Source: Candidatus Multivoradales bacterium
GTDB taxonomy: Bacteria > Acidobacteriota > Thermoanaerobaculia > Multivoradales > JAHEKO01
Length of the DNA: 64,000 nucleotides
Assembly (NCBI GenBank): GCA_965223855.1
Contig: CBDCXM010000009.1
Location: forward strand, 2,816,001 to 2,880,000
Direction: 5' to 3'
Within the stretch, counting starts at the first letter, position 1. Each line of letters begins with the position of its first letter. A program made the translations under genes and the position numbers. Under the pieces are notes generated by a model. That model did no database searches, was not told where the DNA came from, and saw only the letters and a program-made list of their open reading frames with translations. Below, piece after piece: positions 41,073-50,695 of this stretch.

Positions 41073-42284
41073 TCAGCTCTCGGCGAGCCGTTCGACCCCT
41101 GCGTAGCCACCCTCTTCGAGTGACGCAAGCAGGCGTTCACCGTGCTCCGGATCCCGGGTCTCGAGGGTGAGGTCGACCGATGCGGACCAGAAGTCGGCTC
41201 CGGCGAAGTTGCGATCGTGCTCGACCCTGCGGACGTTGGCCCCCTCGCGCGCGACGGCGTCGAGCAGGCCTGCGAGCGCACCCGGGCGATCGCTGAGTCG
41301 GACCCGCAGGCGGATGAGGCGCCGCCGACGCACGAGCGATCGCTCGACCACCCGCGCGAGGACGCCGGGGTCGATGTTGCCGCCACTGATCACCACGACG
41401 ACCTTGCGGCCGGCGAACCGTCTATCCGGGGCGAGAAGCGGGGCGCATGCAGCGGCACCGGCCCCCTCGACGACGAGCTTCGAGCCGTCGAGCAGCTCGT
41501 AGATCGCCTCTTCGATCTCGCGCTCCGAAACGGTCCGGATCGCCTCTACAGTGCTGCTGACGATCGAGAACGTGAGCTCACCCGGCAGGCGCACGCTCAG
41601 CCCTTCCGCGAGAGTGGGCCCGACGAGGTGGCTACTGCGCTCGCCGCTGTCGAAGCTGAGTTTCATCGCCGGCGCGGCCTCGCTCTGAACTCCGAGCACC
41701 CGCGTCGGTGCCGTCGCCAGCGCCGACCCGATGCCGGAGATCAGGCCGCCGCCGCCGATGCCGACGAGCACATCGTCGGCGTCGGGGACCTGCTCGGCGA
41801 TCTCGAGTCCGACCGTCCCCTGGCCCGCGATCACGTCGGGGTGATCGAACGGAGGGACGAGGGTGCGCCCCTCCCTCCCGGCGATCTCGATCGCATGCTC
41901 CTGAGCCTCGTCGAAGACGCTGCCCGCCAGAACGACCTCCGCCCCCAATGCGCGGGTCCGCTCGATCTTCACCAGCGGTGTCGGTTCCGGCATGACGATG
42001 AGGGCGGAGACCCCCAGATGGCGGGCACCGAAGGCGACTCCCTGCGCGTGATTGCCCGCCGATGCGGCGACGACGCCGCGAGCGCGCTCGTCCTCCGGGA
42101 GACGAAGCATCCGATGAGTGGCGCCACGAACCTTGAAGGAGCCGGTGTGCTGGAGACTCTCCAGCTTGAGCCAGACCTCGGCTCCCGACGTCTCGCAAAG
42201 ACGCGCGTCCCGGATCACCGGCGTCACCGGCAGATAGGGCGCGAGGCGTTCGCGGGCGGCCTCAATTGCGGAAAGGTCGATCAT
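41073..42284 (-). CDS. ilvA: Threonine ammonia-lyase with C-terminal ACT domain
   Basis: 'KLESLQHTGSFKVRGA','ASAGNHAQGVA','GQGTVGLEI','GGGGLISG','SGGNID', ACT 'DRPGAL'; start at 42284 or 42314. Confidence 0.9.
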   Translation of the reverse strand: MIDLSAIEAARERLAPYLPVTPVIRDARLCETSGAEVWLKLESLQHTGSFKVRGATHRMLRLPEDERARGVVAASAGNHAQGVAFGARHLGVSALIVMPEPTPLVKIERTRALGAEVVLAGSVFDEAQEHAIEIAGREGRTLVPPFDHPDVIAGQGTVGLEIAEQVPDADDVLVGIGGGGLISGIGSALATAPTRVLGVQSEAAPAMKLSFDSGERSSHLVGPTLAEGLSVRLPGELTFSIVSSTVEAIRTVSEREIEEAIYELLDGSKLVVEGAGAAACAPLLAPDRRFAGRKVVVVISGGNIDPGVLARVVERSLVRRRRLIRLRVRLSDRPGALAGLLDAVAREGANVRRVEHDRNFAGADFWSASVDLTLETRDPEHGERLLASLEEGGYAGVERLAES

Positions 42285-42388
42285 CGACTGCGCACGCGGC
42301 GACGGCTCGGTCAAGATATCAGAGGGTCGGGGGCTTCCGGCCCGACACTCGACCGCCGGGAGGGATTCGACTAGGCTCCCGTTTTCAC

Positions 42389-43603
42389 ATGCTCGATCTG
42401 CTCAGCCCCCTCGCTTTCGTCGCGGCCGGCCTTCTGGTGCTCGTGCTGCTTCTGACCTGGTTGCTCTACCGGGTCTCGAGGCGGGTGCGGGCCTTCGAGC
42501 GCGACGTCGCGACCCTGAGGTCGGCGGCAAACCAGGCGAGTCGCGCCGAGGCGCAGGAGGCCTCGCTCGATCGGCTGCTGGTCGATCTGACACGTCTGAC
42601 GGAGCGTCTGCGCGATGCTCGCGACGCCCGCGAGATTCCGCAACTCGTCGTCCACATCGTTCAGCGCACCTTCGATGCGGATCAGGTCGTGGTCCTCTTT
42701 GCACGACGCCCGGCGGAGACGCAGGGCAAGTCGCCGACCCTGGTGGTGGCCGCATCGTCGTCCGGCTCGCTCGAGCGGGCGCTCAACCGCGAGATCGGCT
42801 TCGGCGAGGGAGAGCTGGGGCTGGTCGCCGATCTGCAGGAGGCCGTCGACCGCCAGGATCTCGACGGCCGCCGCATCCCGGGGCACACGACGGTGCCGGG
42901 ACTGCGATCGTTCCGCACCGACCTCGCCGTGCCGATGGTGGTCGCAGGGCAGACCTTCGGGGTCGTCGCCGTGTCGGGCCTCGGACGGCACTACCGGCGC
43001 GAGAAGACGATGCTGTCGCTGATCGCCCAGACCGCCGGCTTCGGCCTGCAGAGCGCGGCGTCCTATTCCGCGCTCAAGGCGAAGGCCGATCTCGACGGGC
43101 TGACCCGCATTCTCAACCGGCGCGCCGTCGACTACCGCCTCGGTGAACTGGTCTTCGAGGCAGAGCGGTCCGGGCGTGAGGTCGGAGTCGTGCTGCTCGA
43201 CGTCGATCACTTCAAGCCCTACAACGACAACAACGGACATGCGGCCGGCGATCGGGCGCTCCAGGATCTGGCGGCTCTCGTCAACGAGTCCCTGCGCGCG
43301 GAGGATGTCTTCGGCCGCTTCGGTGGAGAGGAGTTCGTCGTCGTCGCGCCGAATCAGTCGGTGGCCTCGACCTACGGCCTGGCGGAGAAGCTGCGGTCGA
43401 AGATCGAGGCTCACGACTTCGAGTACGCGGTCGACCAGCCGCTGGGTCGGGTCACCGTGAGCGGCGGCATCGCCGTCTTCCCGCACCACGGCCGCGACAG
43501 CACGGACCTGCTGCAGAGCGCGGACCAGGCGCTCTACAAGGCGAAGCAGGCAGGGCGGAACCGGATCGAGATCAGCCCGGCTCAGGCGGCGGGGGGATCG
43601 TGA
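42389..43603 (+). CDS. Membrane-anchored GAF-GGDEF diguanylate cyclase
   Basis: N-terminal TM; GAF; 'DGLTRILNRR','DVDHFKPYND..GHAAGD', I-site RAED, 'RFGGEEF','ADQALYKAKQAGRN'. Confidence 0.92.
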   Translation: MLDLLSPLAFVAAGLLVLVLLLTWLLYRVSRRVRAFERDVATLRSAANQASRAEAQEASLDRLLVDLTRLTERLRDARDAREIPQLVVHIVQRTFDADQVVVLFARRPAETQGKSPTLVVAASSSGSLERALNREIGFGEGELGLVADLQEAVDRQDLDGRRIPGHTTVPGLRSFRTDLAVPMVVAGQTFGVVAVSGLGRHYRREKTMLSLIAQTAGFGLQSAASYSALKAKADLDGLTRILNRRAVDYRLGELVFEAERSGREVGVVLLDVDHFKPYNDNNGHAAGDRALQDLAALVNESLRAEDVFGRFGGEEFVVVAPNQSVASTYGLAEKLRSKIEAHDFEYAVDQPLGRVTVSGGIAVFPHHGRDSTDLLQSADQALYKAKQAGRNRIEISPAQAAGGS

Positions 43604-44634
43604 CCGCGGCCGGGCCGCCGCTCGACGTGCTGGTCGTTGGGTCGGGACCGACCGGGGTCGCGGTCGGCGCCGAGGCGAAGCAGGCCGGGCTCTCCGTGGC
43701 TCTCTTCGACGCGGGCCCCTTGCAGGCGAACCTGCTCGGGTTCCCGACCTACATGACCTGGTTCACCACCCGGGATCGGATGGAGATCGGCGGTGTGCCC
43801 TTTTCGATTCCCGAGGACAAGGCCGATCGGCGTCAGGCGCTCGCGTACTACCGCTCGGTGGTGGCCCACCACGATCTCGAAGTACGGACGCACTCGAAAG
43901 TGGTTCGGATCCGGCCCTCGCAGCAAGGTCTCCTCGCGGAGATCGCTCCGCGAGAGGGGGGGAGCTACTTGCAGCCTGCCCGCACGGTGGTGGTCGCGAC
44001 CGGTTACTTCGGTGCGCCCCGTCGGCTTGCGGTGCCGGGGGCCGATCTCCCCTGGGTGCACACCCGCTACCTCGAACCGTATCGCCACTACGGTGAGCAC
44101 GTCGTGCTCGTAGGCGCGGGCAACTCGGCGGCGGAGGCCGCGCTCGAGATATGGCGTGCCGGCATCGAGGTCAGCCTCGTCCACCGCGGTCGGGAGATCA
44201 AGCCGACCGTCAAGTATTGGGTGCGACCCGATGTCGAGAACCGCATCGCCGAGGGCTCGATCGGTGCTCACTTCGAGCGCACGGTGGAGGCCTTTGAAGT
44301 GCGTGACGGCCGTCGGGGTCTGGTTCTTGCCGGTGGGGAGGATCATGAGTTCCTGCCGGCCGATGCCGTGTACGTACTGATCGGCTACGACATCGACGCC
44401 TCGCTGCTGGAGGCTTCGGGGGTCGTCGTCGATGCGGTCGAGAAGATCCCGGCGTTCGACGAGGAAAGCGGCGAGACCGATGTCCCCGGACTCTACGTTG
44501 CGGGAGCGGTGCGTTCGGGCATCCACACGAACCGGATCTTCATCGACAACTCGCGCGACCACGCGAGCCGAATCGTGGAGCACATCGCCGGTCGTCTTCG
44601 TGGCCGCGCCGTCGCGGCGGGCGGCAGCGCTTAG
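43600..44634 (+). CDS. ypdA: YpdA-family FAD/NADPH (bacillithiol) disulfide reductase
   Basis: 'VVGSGPTG','FPTYMTWFTT...EIGGVPF','AL.YYR.V','VKYWVRPDVENRI.EGSI','IFIDNSRDHA'. Confidence 0.88.
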   Translation: MTAAGPPLDVLVVGSGPTGVAVGAEAKQAGLSVALFDAGPLQANLLGFPTYMTWFTTRDRMEIGGVPFSIPEDKADRRQALAYYRSVVAHHDLEVRTHSKVVRIRPSQQGLLAEIAPREGGSYLQPARTVVVATGYFGAPRRLAVPGADLPWVHTRYLEPYRHYGEHVVLVGAGNSAAEAALEIWRAGIEVSLVHRGREIKPTVKYWVRPDVENRIAEGSIGAHFERTVEAFEVRDGRRGLVLAGGEDHEFLPADAVYVLIGYDIDASLLEASGVVVDAVEKIPAFDEESGETDVPGLYVAGAVRSGIHTNRIFIDNSRDHASRIVEHIAGRLRGRAVAAGGSA

Positions 44635-44954
44635 CCGGCGGCGATCAGGGCGGTCACCGAGTCGAGATCCAGGCCGACGACCAGCGTGTCGCCGAGGTGC
44701 ACCAGCGGCGCTCGTACGTTGCCGGTCGGCCCCAGCAGGTCCTTCGGCTCGACCTCCGACGCTTTCAGCTCACCGCGGTTGCGCCCCCGGGCGATGACGA
44801 CGCGCTCGACCTTCCCGAGGAGGTCGCGAACCTCCTGCTCGCCAAGCGGCTCCTTGCCGGTCGATCGCTCGGGAACCTCGACCCCGGCCTGCTCGAGCAC
44901 CTCACGGGTGCGCTTGCAGCTCGTTCAGCCGGGGCGGAAGTAGAAGAGGCTCAT
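44631..44954 (-). CDS. ArsC/Spx-family (thioredoxin-fold) selenoprotein with UxxC motif (in-frame TGA at 44925-44927)
   Basis: ATG 44954 overlaps the DinB stop; reads MSLFYFRPG-U-TSCKRTREVLEQAG...'LLGPTGNVRAPLV..GDTLVVG'; hairpin GCACC-CGTGA-GGTGC starts 14 nt after the TGA. Confidence 0.82.
44897..44911 (-). promoter_or_regulatory. Putative bacterial SECIS hairpin
   Basis: Minus strand GCACC CGTGA GGTGC; apical loop 19-23 nt after the UGA, with G at loop position 2. Confidence 0.55.
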
Positions 44955-45478
44955 CCCGACTCCGGAACCGGCAGATAGCGTTCTTCGAGGATCGCTCGGT
45001 GGTGGAGCTCGTGACCGGCGACGATGTGGACCAGCGCCCGCACCGTGAACTCGAAGCCGCTGGCAGTGCCGCGACGCTCGAGCGCGTCTTCGTCGAACGA
45101 CCGGAAGAGGGCTACGTTCCCCGATCGCAGAGTGCGGAACTCCTCGAGCAGTGCCGAGAGTGGCCGGGTGCCGGCATTCGAAGAGGCGCTCCAGACGTCC
45201 TGGTCCATTCCCGGCAGCGCCGCTGCGTCGCCGCGTGCCATGTGGAGGGCACGAAAGGCGAACACCCTCTCGGTGTCGAGAATGTGGCCGAGAACCTCGC
45301 GGATCGTCCACTTGCCGTCGGCATAGCGATAGCTCTCCTCCTCCGCACCGAGCCCCGAGAGCAGCGCCTCGAGCGCCGTCGGCGCCCCCGCCAGCTCGTC
45401 CCACACCGCTCCCGGCGTGACCCGGTCGATGTAGGTGGAGTAGTAGGCGTCGTGCTCGTCCTTGCCCGGGAATCGCAC
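44951..45478 (-). CDS. DinB/YfiT-family protein (putative thiol S-transferase)
   Basis: 'YRYADGKWTIREVLGHILDTERVFAFRAL..ARGD...LPGMDQD','AGHELHH..IL.ERY'. Confidence 0.9.
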   Translation of the reverse strand: MRFPGKDEHDAYYSTYIDRVTPGAVWDELAGAPTALEALLSGLGAEEESYRYADGKWTIREVLGHILDTERVFAFRALHMARGDAAALPGMDQDVWSASSNAGTRPLSALLEEFRTLRSGNVALFRSFDEDALERRGTASGFEFTVRALVHIVAGHELHHRAILEERYLPVPESG

Positions 45479-45481
45479 GCT

Positions 45482-45958
45482 CTACATCTCCAGCTGTCGG
45501 TCGAGGTGGGCCTTGGCCTGGAAGAGGAGCTCGTCGATCCGATCGCTCCTGCGGTTGAAGGCACTCGCGTAGTCCCTGCCGCTGGTCACCGCGCGTTCGA
45601 TGCTGGCAACCAGCGCTGCCATCTCCTCCAGGGCGGTGGAGGACGTCTCGCAGACCGGATTCGTGCAACCGCAGGTCGCGCGCGCGTCCTCGATCATCGC
45701 GCCGATCTCGTGCTCGGCGTCGCCCCATTCCTCGGCCTGCTCGGCGGGGGAGATCGTACCCAACTCGCTGCGAATGAAGCGGAAGGTGTCGTCCGCCGCT
45801 CCCAGGCACTGTCCCACCCGTCCGGCGCCCCGGTGCTCGGTACCGACGAGCTTGTCCTCGGAGATGCCTTCGACTCTCTCGATCACCCAGGGAAACCCCT
45901 TGGAGACGGCGAAGTAGCCGAGTGCGAGGACGATCAGTAGCTGAAGGGGGCGCTTCAC
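45482..45958 (-). CDS. Hypothetical membrane-anchored helical protein
   Basis: N-terminal hydrophobic segment; helical body with four Cys; co-oriented with and 3 nt from dinB. Confidence 0.65.
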   Translation of the reverse strand: MKRPLQLLIVLALGYFAVSKGFPWVIERVEGISEDKLVGTEHRGAGRVGQCLGAADDTFRFIRSELGTISPAEQAEEWGDAEHEIGAMIEDARATCGCTNPVCETSSTALEEMAALVASIERAVTSGRDYASAFNRRSDRIDELLFQAKAHLDRQLEM

Positions 45959-45985
45959 GCGGGGAGTCTACCAGCGCTTCGGACG

Positions 45986-46017
45986 AAAAACGCCGGTGCC
46001 CGAGGGGGCACCGGCGT
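45986..46017 (-). terminator. Rho-independent terminator after ahcY
   Basis: Minus strand ACGCCGGTGCCC-CCTC-GGGCACCGGCGT followed by a T-run. Confidence 0.85.
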
Positions 46018-46055
46018 GAGAAGTTCAGGCTGGTGAGCCTGCCTCGTCGGGGAGA

Positions 46056-47534
46056 TCAATACCGGTAGTGGTCGGGCTTGTAGGGACCCTCGACCGGCAC
46101 GCCGATGTAGGCGGCCTGCTTCTCGGTCAGCGTGGTCAGCTGGACCCCGAGCTGCTCGAGGTGAAGCCTGGCGACCTCTTCGTCGAGCTTCTTGGGCAGC
46201 ATCGTGACCGTCTTCTCGTAGGAGCCGCGGTGAGCCCACAGATCCATCTGGGCGAGCACCTGATTCGTGAAGGAGGCGGACATCACGAAGCTCGGGTGGC
46301 CGGTCGCGCAACCGAGATTCATCAGGCGCCCTTCGGCGAGGATCAGCACGCTGCGGCCGGTCGGGAAGCGCCACTCGTCGTACTGCGGCTTGATGTTGAC
46401 GCACTCGACGCCGTCCATCCGCTTGAGGCCGGCGATGTCGATCTCGTTGTCGAAATGGCCGATGTTGGCGACGATCGCTTTGTCCTTCATGCGCGCCATG
46501 TCCTCAGCCTTGAGGATGTCGAAGTTGCCGGTCGTGGTGATGAAGATGTCGGCGGTCTCGACGACCTCCTCGAGGGTCGTCACCTCGTAGCCCTCCATCG
46601 CCGCCTGCAGCGCGCAGATCGGGTCGATCTCGGTGACGATCACCCGCGCCCCCTGGCCGCGGAGCGCCTGGGCACATCCCTTGCCGACTTCGCCGAAGCC
46701 GAAAACCACCGCGACCTTGCCGCCGATCATGACGTCGGTGGCGCGGTTGAGCCCGTCGAGCACCGAGTGGCGGCAACCGTAGACGTTGTCGAACTTCGAC
46801 TTGGTCACCGAGTCGTTGACGTTGATGGCGGGGAAGAGGAGCGTTCCGGCACGCTCCATCTCGTAGAGGCGGTGCACTCCGGTCGTGGTCTCCTCGGAGA
46901 CGCCCTGGATCGCCTCGGCGATCTTCGTCCAGCGACCGGGATGCTCGGCGAGCTCGGTGCGGATGGTCTCGAGGATGACGCTCCATTCCTCGGGATCCTC
47001 GTCCGTGGCAGTCGGCACTTCACCGGCGAGCTCGAACTCGCGCGCCTTGTGGACCAGCAGCGTGGCGTCGCCACCGTCATCGACGATCAGGTCGGGACCC
47101 GAGCCGTCGGGCCAGACCAGCGCCTCGCGGGTGCACCACCAGTACTCCTCGAGAGTCTCGCCCTTCCAGGCGAAGACTGCGATCCCCTGCGGGTTCTCGA
47201 CGGTGCCCTCGCGACCGACCGCAACCGCGGCGGCGGCGGAGTCCTGGGTCGAGAAGATGTTGCACGACACCCAGCGGACGTCGGCGCCGAGGTCGACGAG
47301 GGTTTCGATCAGCACGGCGGTCTGCACCGTCATGTGCAGGCTGCCCATGATCTTGGCGCCGGCGAGCGGCTTGGTCTCGGCGTAGCGTGCCCGCAGCGCC
47401 ATGAGGCCGGGCATCTCGTGCTCGGCGAGGTTGATCTCGCGACGGCCGAGGTCGGCCAGCGAGAGGTCGGCGACCTTGTACGGCAGCCGTGTGGTGGCGG
47501 CTCCGGTCGAATGAGAGTCGGTGAGAACGGTCAT
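46056..47534 (-). CDS. ahcY: S-adenosylhomocysteine hydrolase
   Basis: 'EHEMPGLM','[16 protein letters not shown]','SCNIFSTQD','DDGGDAT','[11 protein letters not shown]','[10 protein letters not shown]','GHPSFVMS','[10 protein letters not shown]'. Confidence 0.98.
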   Translation of the reverse strand: MTVLTDSHSTGAATTRLPYKVADLSLADLGRREINLAEHEMPGLMALRARYAETKPLAGAKIMGSLHMTVQTAVLIETLVDLGADVRWVSCNIFSTQDSAAAAVAVGREGTVENPQGIAVFAWKGETLEEYWWCTREALVWPDGSGPDLIVDDGGDATLLVHKAREFELAGEVPTATDEDPEEWSVILETIRTELAEHPGRWTKIAEAIQGVSEETTTGVHRLYEMERAGTLLFPAINVNDSVTKSKFDNVYGCRHSVLDGLNRATDVMIGGKVAVVFGFGEVGKGCAQALRGQGARVIVTEIDPICALQAAMEGYEVTTLEEVVETADIFITTTGNFDILKAEDMARMKDKAIVANIGHFDNEIDIAGLKRMDGVECVNIKPQYDEWRFPTGRSVLILAEGRLMNLGCATGHPSFVMSASFTNQVLAQMDLWAHRGSYEKTVTMLPKKLDEEVARLHLEQLGVQLTTLTEKQAAYIGVPVEGPYKPDHYRY

Positions 47535-47582
47535 GGGGATCTCCGTAGGTGGGTCGGCGGGCGTGCCGCCGGGGGTTTCGAG

Positions 47583-48638
47583 TCAGGCTTGGTGTCGAGG
47601 GGAGGGAAGTGGGTTCGAAGGCGGCTCGGTCGGCGTCGTCGACGCAGGTGGTGCCGGGTCGGACGGTACTTCCGGTCGGGTGAAACGAACCACATAGAGG
47701 CCGGGGCCCTTGGCGGCGGGATCCGGAGAGAGCGAGACGGCAGGCTCCGCTCGGAGCCCGGCGCGGGTTGCCCACTGAGCGAGCTGATCGGGCTCGAAGC
47801 CGAGCCAGACGTGGCCCATCGCCTGCCGGTAGTCGTCGCGCTCGTGCTGGTGCATCTCGAGGACGACGAGACGGCCACCGGGAGCGAGCGCCCGGGCCGC
47901 CTCGGCGATCACCGCTTCGGGCTCGGCGAGATGGTGGAGGACGAGGCCGAGGAAGGCGACGTCGAGGGAACGGTCGGGGATCGGCAACTGCTCGAGCCGG
48001 CCGCGGCGCAGTTCCACATTGTCGAACCCGGAGAGCCGCTCGGCCGCCGTCTCGAGCATCGCCTCGGAGGCGTCGACGGCGATCACTCTGTGGACGAACG
48101 GTGCGAGCGTGGCGGCGATCTCGCCGCTACCGGTGCCGAGGTCGCCGACCACGAGGTCGGGAGAGAGCAGGGCGACCAGCGCTTCGAGATCGAAACGGCC
48201 GCCGAAGAGCTCGCGGCGCATCTGGGACCACTCGCCGGCGGACGAGGAGAAGAACTCCTCCGACCCGCTGCGACGCTCGGCCAGCACCGCTTCCAGCCTG
48301 CGAGCGTCATCGACCGCCGCCGGGCTCGCGACGACCTCGGGACGCAGCAGAGACCACAACCCGGCCGTGCGCTCCGCCTCCACCGCCGACCCCGCCGAGT
48401 AGAGCCGCCGCGTCCCTTCCGGCCGCACCCGCACCCAGCCATCCTCCGCCAGCGCCTTGAGATGCCGGCTGGCGGTCGACTGCGGCAACTGGAGGACGTC
48501 GCAAAGCTCCGAAACCGTCAGTTCCGCCCCTTCCAGCACGAGCAACGCCCGACACCGCACCGGCTCACCCAGAACCGCGAGGCTGTCGAACAAAGAGATC
48601 GGCGGAAGGCCCGCCGCGAACTGATTCAATCCGTCCAT
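47583..48638 (-). CDS. ArsR-family HTH plus SAM-methyltransferase-domain regulator (SahR-like)
   Basis: 'ELTVSELCDVLQLPQSTASRHLKAL..GWV'; MTase 'VVGDLGTGSG','AVDASEAML','LVLHH','GHVWLGF'; directly upstream of ahcY. Confidence 0.88.
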   Translation of the reverse strand: MDGLNQFAAGLPPISLFDSLAVLGEPVRCRALLVLEGAELTVSELCDVLQLPQSTASRHLKALAEDGWVRVRPEGTRRLYSAGSAVEAERTAGLWSLLRPEVVASPAAVDDARRLEAVLAERRSGSEEFFSSSAGEWSQMRRELFGGRFDLEALVALLSPDLVVGDLGTGSGEIAATLAPFVHRVIAVDASEAMLETAAERLSGFDNVELRRGRLEQLPIPDRSLDVAFLGLVLHHLAEPEAVIAEAARALAPGGRLVVLEMHQHERDDYRQAMGHVWLGFEPDQLAQWATRAGLRAEPAVSLSPDPAAKGPGLYVVRFTRPEVPSDPAPPASTTPTEPPSNPLPSPRHQA

Positions 48639-48644
48639 CCGGAT
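48629..48644 (-). promoter_or_regulatory. Putative autoregulatory operator ATCCG-N6-CGGAT over the start of the SahR-like gene
   Basis: Inverted repeat spanning ATG 48638, next to -10-like TACGAT/TATCCT. Confidence 0.4.
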
Positions 48645-48751
48645 CGTAGGATACATCCTCCCCCTACCAACCGCAACCCCTACCTGCCGATCCACCGAGG
48701 AGCCAGTCACCCATTGACCTCTTCCCCCATCAACCACTCTCCGCCTTCCAT

Positions 48752-48894
48752 CAGGTGCCAGGTGAATGTCCAAGATCTCATCCAGGGGCCAGGCGAATGG
48801 AGGCGAAGTGATCTCATCCAGGTGCCAGGTGAATGGTGGTGGATCCAAGTGCCAGGTGAGTGGTGGTGGGGTTCTGACGAGGTGCCAGGTATTT
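48752..48894 (+). repeat. Five degenerate direct repeats of ~17 bp (consensus CAGGTGCCAGGTGAATG)
   Basis: Copies start at 48752, 48783, 48819, 48846 and 48879 (periods 31, 36, 27, 33); copies 2 and 3 are both preceded by GATCTCATC. Confidence 0.85.
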
Positions 48895-48964
48895 GGAGCC
48901 GGGCGGGTGGGTGGGGGCGTAGTAGTCTCCGCATTCGCCTTCGGGCGATGGAAAGAGGACTCTG

Positions 48965-50674
<1,710 letters not shown>

Positions 50675-50695
50675 GCGGCAGCGATCGTAGGGGCG

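Noticed and set aside
44631-44900. 89-aa ORF starting at GTG 44900 as a complete gene
   Set aside because: It lacks the redox motif; extension through the TGA to the coupled ATG at 44954 restores UxxC.
47535-47582. SAH/SAM riboswitch upstream of ahcY
   Set aside because: Only a 48-bp gap, with no recognisable aptamer; control is better explained by the upstream ArsR-MTase regulator.
48639-48848. 70-aa N-terminal extension of the SahR-like ORF
   Set aside because: It runs through the intergenic repeat array; ArsR similarity starts near Met 48638, where -10-like boxes and the operator lie.
48752-48894. CRISPR array
   Set aside because: Repeats are only ~17 bp and degenerate; spacers are 10-19 bp and resemble each other; no cas genes in the window.
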